From positions 806,001 through 870,000 of the forward strand of contig SMSO01000008.1 in the NCBI GenBank assembly GCA_004764695.1: a stretch of DNA of 64,000 bases, written 5' to 3'. Under the pieces are notes generated by a model. The model searched no databases, had not been told where the DNA came from, and saw nothing but the letters and a program-made list of their open reading frames with translations. Positions 29,588 through 40,168 of this stretch are shown piece by piece. Made by a program: the position numbers and the translations under genes. Origin of the DNA: Schizochytrium sp. TIO01. Lineage: Eukaryota; Protista; Bigyra: Labyrinthulomycetes. The stretch's first letter is position 1; each line of letters opens with the position of its first letter.

Positions 29588-30619
29588 ATGCTAATTGTCA
29601 ATGACATTGTCTTCTCTCATGAAATCTGGAACTGGTATGCTGAAAGGAAACAGGACGTTCACCTTACATGCTCACAAAAATGGTACCTACATGCATTGAG
29701 AAGCTTTCTACCCAAACAATACTTTCCAAATCAGTTTTCACAAATTATTCTCCAGGATTTAACAGCCGCAGAATTTTGGGAAATCCTCAATATCACATTT
29801 TACACATTATCCGATCTCCAACATAATGACAACGACGGAAGAATGCCAACAAATATTAATATCCAATCCATTCTAAGCGAGCTACAACACATGGAGGCTA
29901 TGATTGTATTTTGGGCAACCACAAAAGACCACACAAAAGAGAAATTAGGACTTCCAAATATTGATAGTTCCCTCATTGTTAATGAAACAGGATTAAACTT
30001 GAAGTTCGCAGCCCACGCTTATTGCATGATTAATAGTTGCTTCGAATCCCTTTCCAAATGTACTTCCATTCTACCACTTCACGCACCACCAGATCACATT
30101 GCTACAACTTTGAGACAGCAAACCATGCCATCCAACACGAATGACTTTGGCACTCGTCACGAACAATTTGATGACTTTTTCAAAAATATCATTCGCGTAG
30201 CCTATGGTGGTGACTTCGACGAATACATCGACGCAGTCATTGAAGACATTGAATCAAAAAAAATTGGCACCTTCCACGAAATCCTTGCCCGCATTAAAGG
30301 TTATGAATTGATGGATCAGAAAGATGTTACAACAAAGTTACCTCCTACCGAATCCTGGCGAAGGCTTTTCAATACATACTTTGATAAGCAAGAAAACAAC
30401 TTTGACATGTTCTACCAGACATTTACTGCTGAGTGTATTTTCTTTATCCTCAAAGATTACCTCGCAATCTATGATAATGACGGAATCTCATATCTACCGA
30501 TTTATAAACTCTATTCCAATGACCACTTTACACAGACTTACTCTACAAATATAAGGTTTCTTATAGATACTAAGAAAATAAGAAGTCAGCTTAAAAAATT
30601 ATACAATATTAGAATCTAA
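29588..30619 (+). CDS. Hypothetical protein (orphan, 343 aa) in the viral-like island
   Basis: Long ATG-initiated ORF with island-like composition; no motif recognised. Confidence 0.75.
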   Translation: MLIVNDIVFSHEIWNWYAERKQDVHLTCSQKWYLHALRSFLPKQYFPNQFSQIILQDLTAAEFWEILNITFYTLSDLQHNDNDGRMPTNINIQSILSELQHMEAMIVFWATTKDHTKEKLGLPNIDSSLIVNETGLNLKFAAHAYCMINSCFESLSKCTSILPLHAPPDHIATTLRQQTMPSNTNDFGTRHEQFDDFFKNIIRVAYGGDFDEYIDAVIEDIESKKIGTFHEILARIKGYELMDQKDVTTKLPPTESWRRLFNTYFDKQENNFDMFYQTFTAECIFFILKDYLAIYDNDGISYLPIYKLYSNDHFTQTYSTNIRFLIDTKKIRSQLKKLYNIRI

Positions 30620-31400
30620 TTCATACAAAACCTTAATTATGTTCTTCCAATCCGAGAAAATTAGAAAATTCATTCAGAATCTGTTCCGTCAGAAAAATGA
30701 ACATGTCGTCATTCACTAGAGTCAGACAACCAACCTCCGTTCTTTCATCACATTAAATATCAGAACAGAATACTTTATCAAGGATAGTATCGTTTAAAGG
30801 TACTGTAATAGCTATCTTTCGATAAACATTAGTCTTCCTCTAGCTAGAGGAATGCTGCAGAGTGTAACGGTGATACCCTTTTTGAAGTTGAGAAAAGTTG
30901 AGAAAAAAGAAAGAAGGCTGAGATCTATTATACGATAGAGAGCCAGTGTAGCAGAACCAATGGTTGTTTTACAATACACGTTTTTTCTTGCACCGTGTTG
31001 ATGTTTAAGCGGCCCAGTTTCTACTAAATATTCAAGTGAGAAGGAATCAATATGAGCGCTGCAAGATGTGTTTTTTGTGCATAATGTAACGAGTCATTCT
31101 CCCATGTTTATACAAGTCAGAGGCTAATCTGATCAATTCTTTGACTTTAGTGGAACCTCAAATTAAAGGTTCACTCATATTTGTCGAGCCGACTTCCAGA
31201 CAGCTATTGCTTGTTCTTGGTGGTCTCGGAATCAAGATAGATACCCTTCAACTCAAACGAGAGCCTGAGCCTGTATGGCTACGTGGTTTAACCACAAATG
31301 CAAGGCAAACTTTAAATCGAATAGAGACAAGCTCGTTCGATGATTGGCCTTTCCAAGATCTGAACCCTTGTTTCCTTTCACGAGAATGCTTCTCGTGAAA

Positions 31401-33803
31401 TCATATGGGCTTTACAATACGTTGATTGTCGCCGCTCAACGGAGGAGAGTTTTCTCTCTGAGCCTCATAAGATCGCATATTGTAAAATCCAGCGTAAATG
31501 CGTGACCCAACGACCAGAATAGCGCAAGACACAGTTGAGAAAAAGATGCAAATAGAAACGAAGAGGACCTTTAAGTTCTCCCCAATTCCACTACTCAATG
31601 ACACGAGAAGAGAAAATGCTGTAAGAATAGCAACATTGTAATTTGAGAAAAGCATGAACTTTGCTTCACTAAAAATAAGGCCAGGATATCGCCAAGTCTG
31701 GCTGGCTAATAGACAACTGAGGATAACAAATAAATATCCAGCTGCAACGAATACCATTAGCAGTATTGAGCTGTGAGGGCATATGAGCTCAGTCAAATCT
31801 AGGTCGTGATCCACGCTGTACTCTACTGGTGTGAACCCAGTTATAAGATACCAAAAAATGCATGGGATAGCGCCTGCTATGAAGCAAATGGGTGCATCAT
31901 AGGTGAGTAAGAAGCGCGCCTTCGCACGGCTTTCCCTGTTACCCCTATTAAAGACATTCAAAGCCACAACTATCGCATATTGTTTGATCAACAAAGTCCC
32001 AACGTAAAATGAAACCCCAAAGACTAAGAAGTGGAAGCGAAGGACACACCGAGTCTTTGTAATCTCTCCAATCGAAAACAGGGACGCTAAATTCATTAAT
32101 GCTGCTCCCAGAAGAAAGAGAGACAAAGTTCTGACCCTGGCAGCCCGAGTTGCTTGACGCCTACGGTACGTAATAAGTAATACAAAGCAAATCAAAAGAA
32201 TCCCGACGGATGCCCCAGTCAAGACCTTGATCACACTTGCCTCCGACGAGAATGAAGGTACGTAGTGACACAATGTGATCTTATGAATTTTCGTTGGAAG
32301 GGTCATTGTGGTCCAACGTGTTCTGTAAATAGTTGCGCTACGATTTGTTGAGCAAGGGTTCTTATCAACATCAATCAAAACGTTTCCATTATCTGTGTAA
32401 AGTGAGGTGTTATAGATTTCGACAATATCACGTAGACCGCTAGCTTGGCACTCACAAAGTTGATACGTCGGCTCGAGAATTTCATTTTGCCACACTTCGT
32501 TACTAAAGCGCTCTTTTACAGTGTCTTTCCAAGAGGTAACGGTACTTGTGTGCTCTTGAATCCATTGACACGCAATTTCATTCCATGTTATATTTTCATC
32601 AGAACTTTCATAGTATGAGTAAATCATCTGTTCCTGCTCAGAATTCGACTTATATCGAAATGCGTTTATTAGGAGGGCGGCATCTGGTTTCTCAAGCAGA
32701 ACTCTATTTGAGTACGCCTTACTCAATATATCGACAGGATAATCACAATCTGCTTGTCCAGTTGAGACCTTTTCCTGGCACGAGTTGCTTTTTTCGGGGA
32801 GAAAAATCCGAGTAAGATTGAATTTTTGAAATATTCCATGCGGCTCCCAGAAGTAAAAAAGTAGTGGTGTTTGGGTTGCATTTGCGTTGATTATTTCCCT
32901 TGCAATGACTGCTTCGTTGCCAGCATACTGCAAGGTCATATTTAAGCTCAAGTTTCGAATAATTTGTGCGTCGTATTCTCTCCATTTTTTTGAACTGCTG
33001 AGAAATCTCATTGCATGTGTTGGTACAAGATGTGGCGAGGTTGCGTTGCAGGTGAGAGTGTCATTGAAGCCACCGAATAATACAGGGGTGCCACCTAGAT
33101 CCTCTGAAGGAATGCATGGAAGGAAAACATCAGGCTGGGTATAGGTGTTCGCTGGACAACAGTTTAAAGAGGTCTCTGGGTTTGCAAAGATTGACTGATT
33201 AACAGATGAATGTAAATACCGCCAATACTCAATATTTGGGTCGATGTCTAGTGCAAAAGAGTTTGTATACCAGCCTATCTTTCCAACAAGACCCAAGCTG
33301 CCCGCATTAACTATGGACTCTTCCTGAAGAATGAATTGGCTGTTATCATCATTTTCTCCAGACGGCCAGTATTCTAAAACTGCGTCAGTCGAGCCATTAA
33401 TCATGCTTTGCCACTTTTCCTGGCCAATATCAACGCCTTCCAAAGTACTGAAATCGCCTTTAATCTCCACAGGGTACCCGAGAAATTCTTCGATAAGGAC
33501 CTTCATGACAAATGCATTTGCAAACGAACCAGCCCAGTCGCTTACACTGAGCTTCAAACTGCATGGGTAAGTTCCGTCCGCACTTGGTCCACAACGAAAG
33601 CGAGGATACCCATTCGACCACGGTGTTTCAGGAAAACAACAATTAGCTTCGCTTTTAGCGCATGAATACCGATACAGGTCGAGAGACGTACCCTGAGCTT
33701 GCTGAATTACAAGTGCAAGCACAATGGCAAAGACTCTAACTGACATGTGGCCATGCCTTAATCGATCACCCCAAGTTGAGTCGATCGTTCGAGGTTTGTT
33801 CAT
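31401..33803 (-). CDS. Receptor: OpuAC/ProX-like substrate-binding domain + Cys-rich linker + class C GPCR 7TM (paralog 1)
   Basis: Signal peptide; WAGS..N..V...IEEFLGYPVE, DAVLEYWPS, LGLVGKIGWY, PLLFYFWEPH, CDYP; seven TM segments with FSEAKF (class C TM6 signature). Confidence 0.85.
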   Translation of the reverse strand: MNKPRTIDSTWGDRLRHGHMSVRVFAIVLALVIQQAQGTSLDLYRYSCAKSEANCCFPETPWSNGYPRFRCGPSADGTYPCSLKLSVSDWAGSFANAFVMKVLIEEFLGYPVEIKGDFSTLEGVDIGQEKWQSMINGSTDAVLEYWPSGENDDNSQFILQEESIVNAGSLGLVGKIGWYTNSFALDIDPNIEYWRYLHSSVNQSIFANPETSLNCCPANTYTQPDVFLPCIPSEDLGGTPVLFGGFNDTLTCNATSPHLVPTHAMRFLSSSKKWREYDAQIIRNLSLNMTLQYAGNEAVIAREIINANATQTPLLFYFWEPHGIFQKFNLTRIFLPEKSNSCQEKVSTGQADCDYPVDILSKAYSNRVLLEKPDAALLINAFRYKSNSEQEQMIYSYYESSDENITWNEIACQWIQEHTSTVTSWKDTVKERFSNEVWQNEILEPTYQLCECQASGLRDIVEIYNTSLYTDNGNVLIDVDKNPCSTNRSATIYRTRWTTMTLPTKIHKITLCHYVPSFSSEASVIKVLTGASVGILLICFVLLITYRRRQATRAARVRTLSLFLLGAALMNLASLFSIGEITKTRCVLRFHFLVFGVSFYVGTLLIKQYAIVVALNVFNRGNRESRAKARFLLTYDAPICFIAGAIPCIFWYLITGFTPVEYSVDHDLDLTELICPHSSILLMVFVAAGYLFVILSCLLASQTWRYPGLIFSEAKFMLFSNYNVAILTAFSLLVSLSSGIGENLKVLFVSICIFFSTVSCAILVVGSRIYAGFYNMRSYEAQRENSPPLSGDNQRIVKPI

Positions 33804-34743
33804 ACGGGTAACAGGCGGCCACAGTACCAGACCATGAGAGAATATAGTTCATTAATTGTTGACTACAAATACTCTTTGAATAATTTGGTTGGTTACCTTT
33901 TGATGTTACAAAAAGATTAGTTGGTTCCAATACTGTTCTTTCAAGTAGAATCCGTTGAGATGAACTCTTGTTAGGCTATGAGTACCACAGTGCATCGTGC
34001 TGGGGGGGGTAGATGGACTTAATTGTCAATCGAGAGGTTGGGACATCCAATCTGAGTGAGTTTTTTGATATGGTCTGACTGGAAAGTTAAGATAGTCTAT
34101 CTGTGCCGGTTTATCAGAATAAGGAGATGCGGATGCAGAGAGAATTAAGATATTTCAAAAGTTTTTATACTAGCAACATTTGGTGACCACACAGGTACAC
34201 AACATGTTTCCGTTGGTTCCTGAGGGTCATATAACAGTAGCTAGCCTCTCTACGCTGACAATTTTGATGTGCAACGAATAAGTATGAGAAAAACAAGAAA
34301 ACCGGAAGAGCTTTTAAGTAACAACTTTTACGAAATAAGCTATCTGTATAACCTTTTGTTTCGGGGAAAACAGTGAGGACCAATGAGGTCATTCAATCTC
34401 TAGATTAATCTCCCAGATCAAACTGCCACTATCCCCACATAGAAAGACCTTGAAGCATACAGCTGGCATTCTTAACGGAGAGATAGAATAGAGCAAAAGA
34501 AAGAAAGGAACGTTTACTTCATTGGAGCAACATTTGGACCAGTTTAAAACTACATTCTAATAGTGTCTGTGTTTTCACTTGCACAGAAGAGTTATATGAG
34601 GATGTTATATGGGAATATAAGATCGAGATTACTTTGGTTTTAACAAATTCTACGACGTTACAATCTTCAATTTTCATGTGATGCATTCTTAAGTCTTCAC
34701 GATAATACATAAATGAATATGGTGTCATCGTTTCTTATTATTT

Positions 34744-35022
34744 TTAACACTCAATGAATAAACTTCTCGTAAATAATTGAAACATTCTATGGAAGCTACC
34801 TTTATGAAAGGAAGAATCTTCTTGTGCGTCGATCGAATGAGAAAGGCAGACATTTAGAATACCTCCAAAAAGATACAAGAAGCCGTCACCAACATAAGCC
34901 AAACTGAAGAAAACAAATGGGTAACCAAAGGCCCCAAAGGTTGTATAAACTGCAATTAAGTATTTGGACTTCCTAATTTTATAAGAAGATAGCTCTTGCA
35001 AGACAAAAGAGTAATTTCCCAA
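34744..35022 (-). pseudogene. Possible decayed 7TM remnant (TM6-TM7-like)
   Basis: IRKSKYLIAVYTT...GDGFLYLFGGI aligns by eye to FSEAKFMLFSNYN...GENLKVLFVSI. Confidence 0.4.
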
Positions 35023-35174
35023 AGCAAGAATGCATTAAGTAAGCCCAAGGAAAAGTGTTAGCAAAGTAAACTTGAATACAGAAGGATAGAGATGTTTTAG
35101 CATTATAATGCTCGTTTCATATATCTGTTTTCTCTTGGAGAAAAGCTGTTTTTACTTAACTTGATCAGTTCGGC

Positions 35175-37592
35175 TCATTTGGGAATCGCATTTGAAGTGC
35201 TGACTCTAGTTGTCACCACATGACTTGAAGCACCATAATTAGACGCAACGTAATTTGATGTGGCTGGTGCACCAACTTGTGACGTAACAGAGGCTGTTGG
35301 GGAGTTCGTTGTGCGCTTTGCACGCATGTCATAAATAGCAGCATATACGCGAGAACCGACAACAAGAAGAGCACACGAGGTAGTGCAGAAAAATACACAG
35401 AGAGCTACAAACAGAGATTTCAAAGTTGGCTGCATACCTTCAGTAAGTGTGACAAAAAGAGAAAACGCTGTGAGAATCGCAACATTATAGTTCGAAAAGA
35501 GCATAAACTTGGCCTCATTGAAAATCAGCCCAGAAAAGTTCCGCGTCTGGCTCGCAAGCATACAGCTGGCTACAATTGTCATGTAGCACACCGCGATGAT
35601 CAACATCAAAAGAGTCGTGTTGGAAGGGCAAACTTCTTCCGTCACCCCAAGAGTTGAATCTGCCACAACTTGGACAGGGACAAATCCTGCCACAAGAACC
35701 CAGATCAAAGTGCAAATTCCACCACAAATAAGACAAGCAGCGAGTTCGTATCGCATGAAAATGGTGGCCTTCTTTGTACTCTTTTTATCAAGCTTGTACT
35801 TGGCACGCATCAATGAGTTGATGGTGTACTGCTTGATCAACAGAGTTCCTACAAAGAGAAAAAAGCCAAAAAGAAGAAAGGAAAAGCGCAAACCACATTT
35901 GATTGCAGTGGGCTTCCCAACATCAAAGATACATGAAATGTTCATGAGTGCAGCACCAAAAAGCAGATAGGACAAGGTCCGGATACGAGCACTTTTCACA
36001 GCTTGTACGTTACGATATATAATGACCGCAGCAAAGCACAGAGTCATCACAAGGCAAGCCATGATGGCTAAGACATACACAACTGTTTCTTCAGGACTTC
36101 CATTAGGAATGTATGCACACTGGATCGTCTTCACGACTGTAGTCTCATAATATAGCATAGTCCAGCGAGTTCGATACACAGAGTAGCTACGCTCTGAAGA
36201 GCACGGATCCTCGTCGGGGTCAATCTCAACATTGCCATCAGCCATGTAATTCGAGTTGTCGTACACAGCAACAACATTTCGAGAACTATCAGTCTCGCAA
36301 TCGCAAGAATAATACGATGGTGTGAGAGTCTCAGACATCCATACTTGGCCTGTGAACTTGTGTTCAACAGCACTTGTCCAAGTGTTTGTGGTGGCGTTGT
36401 TTGCAGTGACCCACTTACAAGCAATCTCGTTCCAAGACATAGAACTATTATCCAATTGATCTAGCAACATCTCTTCCTGTTGTGTGTTTGAGGTGTATGC
36501 GAACGCATTCAAAAAGAGCGCTACGTCTGGCATATCATCCTCCATAGCTGTTGAGTATGCCTTGGATAGAATATCTGTGGCGTAACCACAATCTCCTGTT
36601 CCATTCTCGATCTTTTCCTCGCACTCAGTCGTGTATTCAGGAAGAATAACACTCGTGAGATCATACTTTTGGAAAAGACCGTGAGGCGCCCAAAAGTAAA
36701 ATACACGAGGTATACCAGAAGCTTCTGCTTTGCCAACCTCTTCAATGATTTTATCCTCAGTGACTGCATACTCGATTGTCAAATTAAAGTCGAGGTTGGC
36801 GATAATTTGGCTATCATGCTGAGACCAATCCATCGCACCAGCAAGAAAAGGTGCAGTCAACAATGATATGTTTGTGGCGCCATCACACTGACTGTAGTCT
36901 GCGAAACCGCCGTTTGCAACAGGAGTGCCGCCATCTGCCTCGATGGGCATACATGGCAGACTCGAGGTTGGCATGGAATAAGGGTCAGATGTACAACATG
37001 GGATTTCAGAAACGTTGGGGTCGACAAACATATCGAGGTTTTCCTTCAAGGTGCGCCAATACTCGAGCGCTGGGTCCTCGTCAAGAGCGAAAGAGTTCAT
37101 GAACCATCCAATCTTTCCAGTAAGACCATTCGAGCCAGCGTTGATTACTGTTCCATCTTCGAGTGTGTATTTACGAATGCTTTCTTTGTGTCCTGATGGC
37201 CAATATTCTAAAATAGTGTCAATCTCCCTGGTGGCCATAGCACTCCACATAGTATTTTCTGAATACACATTTGACATATCCGAATAGTCAGCTGCAATTT
37301 CTACCGGGTATCCGAGGAACTCCTCGATGAAGATTTTAGCGACGTATACATTTACAAAACTACCGGCCCAGTTGTTGACACCAATATGGACACTGCAAGG
37401 GTACGTGCCATTTTCGTCCATAGAACACCTGAATCGGGAGAAGTTACGTGGCCATCTTGACTCTGAGAAGCAACAGTTCGCATCATCTGAAGCGCATGAG
37501 TCTATCAATGGGTCTGTCCGCAAAGCCGTCGTCGTGGTTGGCGCTAGAGCAAGCGATGCTACAAAGAGGATGCATATTAGTTTCCACGACAT
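35175..37592 (-). CDS. OpuAC-like/class C GPCR fusion receptor (paralog 2)
   Basis: Same motif set; FNEAKF; nearly identical to 40169..42631. Confidence 0.87.
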   Translation of the reverse strand: MSWKLICILFVASLALAPTTTTALRTDPLIDSCASDDANCCFSESRWPRNFSRFRCSMDENGTYPCSVHIGVNNWAGSFVNVYVAKIFIEEFLGYPVEIAADYSDMSNVYSENTMWSAMATREIDTILEYWPSGHKESIRKYTLEDGTVINAGSNGLTGKIGWFMNSFALDEDPALEYWRTLKENLDMFVDPNVSEIPCCTSDPYSMPTSSLPCMPIEADGGTPVANGGFADYSQCDGATNISLLTAPFLAGAMDWSQHDSQIIANLDFNLTIEYAVTEDKIIEEVGKAEASGIPRVFYFWAPHGLFQKYDLTSVILPEYTTECEEKIENGTGDCGYATDILSKAYSTAMEDDMPDVALFLNAFAYTSNTQQEEMLLDQLDNSSMSWNEIACKWVTANNATTNTWTSAVEHKFTGQVWMSETLTPSYYSCDCETDSSRNVVAVYDNSNYMADGNVEIDPDEDPCSSERSYSVYRTRWTMLYYETTVVKTIQCAYIPNGSPEETVVYVLAIMACLVMTLCFAAVIIYRNVQAVKSARIRTLSYLLFGAALMNISCIFDVGKPTAIKCGLRFSFLLFGFFLFVGTLLIKQYTINSLMRAKYKLDKKSTKKATIFMRYELAACLICGGICTLIWVLVAGFVPVQVVADSTLGVTEEVCPSNTTLLMLIIAVCYMTIVASCMLASQTRNFSGLIFNEAKFMLFSNYNVAILTAFSLFVTLTEGMQPTLKSLFVALCVFFCTTSCALLVVGSRVYAAIYDMRAKRTTNSPTASVTSQVGAPATSNYVASNYGASSHVVTTRVSTSNAIPK

Positions 37593-39551
37593 TACGAGCG
37601 TATTTGGTGCAACGCCTCGAATGAATTCTTATGAATGACCTTGATCTCGAATTCTGGCTTTGTCGGAGAAAAATTAGTAGTTCTTTTTTATATTTTCTTA
37701 AATGCTTTTTTTTTAGTTAAATTTTTTATAATCACGGTTTGATGAGTCAAGACTCATTTTCTTGATTCACAAGCAGTGCACCAAGGAGGCACATATTAGA
37801 AGAATAGAGCCAATAAAAAAGTGTTGTTTTGTGAGAGATGCAACTGTCTCTAGATATCGTTGTATAACCAGTGTGCTTTTCTGTTCCGTCATCTTTTTTA
37901 ATTTTTATTTTTTTTAAGAGTCCACTTTTTCCAATTGACCAGAACAAACACAAATATAAGAATAAGAATACCTAAAGCTATGCATCTTGTTCCCGGGGCG
38001 AATTCGCAAAGCCACTGTTCGTGTGAGACAGCTTGGCGAGTCCTGAGATTCGTTTGACGAACAAAAATACAAAGCGAAATAGAGAGTCGTATTAGAGGGA
38101 CTAGGTACCTCACGCGCTAAGCGCGGGAACAAGTAACGCAAAAAACAACGAAAGAGACAGTGGTTTGGGGAAGTTGGTTCTCATTTTGTCTCCACACATG
38201 GAGCCGGTAGATAGCTAGATCGGCACAGAGAGGAGCAAGGGACGATTTTTAGCCCTAGATCCTGTTGTCTCTATTCAACAGGTCACAGTATGGTATGCCC
38301 TAGCTCTTGCGACATGAGATTCATTCATATTGGTTCCAAACTAAATTTCATAGAGTGCATGTTAGTCAACGGTGAAATCAATTCGAGTCAACCAGACCAC
38401 CTATGTTTGAGTTTATAGACAAGGGGTTAAGTTCAAGTTACTACTTGGATCCACTGGGCTCAGAACAGTGAGGAACCAGGAGTCATGTGATAGTTCTTTT
38501 ATGTGCACTTGAATACATGTGGCAGATAGAGCCGTTGATCTTATCATTTAAGTCCACTCGGTCTCTCTAATACCTAAATTCTCTAGCAGATAACATAAAC
38601 ATCTTCCATCTCATAGATGGGCAGTGTATTATGAATGGTAAATGAGCATACCAACTATTGAAAACTAACAAATAGATGGAAAAATCCGTTGAGATAGAAT
38701 TAGTTTAGGTGTTGTATAGGGTTTTCTCAAGGATGTGGTTTAATGCTCTCCTCTTGTATAGGTACAGTGGTAATGATACATGTGAGCTGGGTTCAGCCTT
38801 TTCTGTGTTACTGTGTGACATCTAGGCCTATAGTTCATCTAATGCTGTACATCTTTGTATCCATAAGGGAGTTATCATGTTGTTCCAAGTAGGCAGTTTT
38901 AAACTCCAAATACTTTAGTGACTTGAAAACAAAAACACATTGTGCAATTTATGAGCTGAGCAGGACAAGGGCACACACGTTACGCATTCTTTTTTCTAGC
39001 ATGGATTCTTAACAGAGAATCAACTTTATCTATCTGTTGCTAAACATTCTACTCCTTTATGTCCAAGTGGAATGTATCCAAATAAAAGATAAAAAGCAAG
39101 CCTACCTCAATCAAGCCATATATTTATCCTTGTAAGGCAGTGCAAACCTTGGTTCAAGATAAGCAGAAAAGAAATTAAAGCCAGAACTTTGATCAAGCAT
39201 CAGATCTCGCCTATTTCGAGTCTTTCATACCTAAGGAAGGATATGTGGAAGTTTGGTACATGAAGAGTACTTAACAGTAACATTTGCACGGGGCAACCTT
39301 GGTGTTCGAGTCGAATTATAATAACAACGTGTAAAACATAAATTGAAATTTGCGGTAGAAGGCTACTTTGTGAACAACTCCACTGATAGTCTCGTGTGCT
39401 CAGAGAATGCCCCATTAGATTTCCATAGAGGCAAGGGAACACCCCAGCAAATCCATATATACTACTTGCTAGCTGTGATCACTTCAGAAAAGTTCTATAG
39501 CATACAAATGTCAGATGTCAGAGAAAAGCTTTGGAATGTAGAGTCGAAGCA

Positions 39552-39764
39552 TCATCTGATTATATAAAAAAATGCAAGAGCGACACGAACGACACATGGT
39601 TGGATCAGGGCGCTTGGAAGCAAAAACCAGACCATCACAATAGCGAGCATACATTCAAAATACTTTTTATAAGTATCATTGCTAGAAGAAGTTAAAATCA
39701 AATGGAAGCAAAACAGCGAGCCTGTGTTTGAGAGGAATTGCGCAACGTCGAGTATAGGTTGCAA
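39552..39764 (-). pseudogene. Possible decayed 7TM remnant (TM2-TM3-like)
   Basis: FLSNTGSLF...FLLPSALIQPCVVRVAL aligns by eye to ALMNLASLF...FYVGTLLIKQYAIVVAL. Confidence 0.4.
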
Positions 39765-40168
39765 CTTCGATTTACTTCATTCGACACGGGAATGAAAACC
39801 ACCAATTACGCACACAAACCTTCAGCTTCGTTTTACGTCTTCAAACAAGATGATACAAGAAGTCCCAGCCAGAACAAAACGACCTTACAAAATCAGAGGT
39901 TAACGATGAGTCTCTCTACACATTAAGAGAACTTGCCAAATCTTTCTAGAGCACAGCGTCGACAACTAGACTTGGTTTCACCTGATAATTGAGCTCGGGA
40001 GTTCTGCAAATGGAGTTGATTTTGCTTTTGCGTTGATCGGAATGCAATAAATAACCTTGAAAACAAACAATAACCCATAATCTCTTGGAAGTGTGTTGCA
40101 CGCGTAAACCCATCCAAAGCTGCTGCGACAATTCACCATGTTACATCCAAACAAAAAAATATTTTGTC

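Larger units (their letters stand above)
5889..30800. mobile_element. Endogenous large dsDNA virus segment (Mirusviricota- or Nucleocytoviricota-like); boundaries approximate
   Basis: Abrupt switch to densely packed, mostly uninterrupted AT-richer ORFs with tiny or overlapping intergenic spaces; TBP, TFIIB, Holliday junction resolvase, DEDDh exonuclease, heliorhodopsin, viral-type endonuclease and cysteine protease; flanked by gene-sparse microsatellite-rich host DNA. Confidence 0.85.

Noticed and set aside
5800-30900. Terminal inverted repeats, target-site duplications, integrase/transposase, capsid or DNA polymerase genes
   Set aside because: None recognised by eye, so Polinton/virophage identity and an exact viral phylum are not claimed
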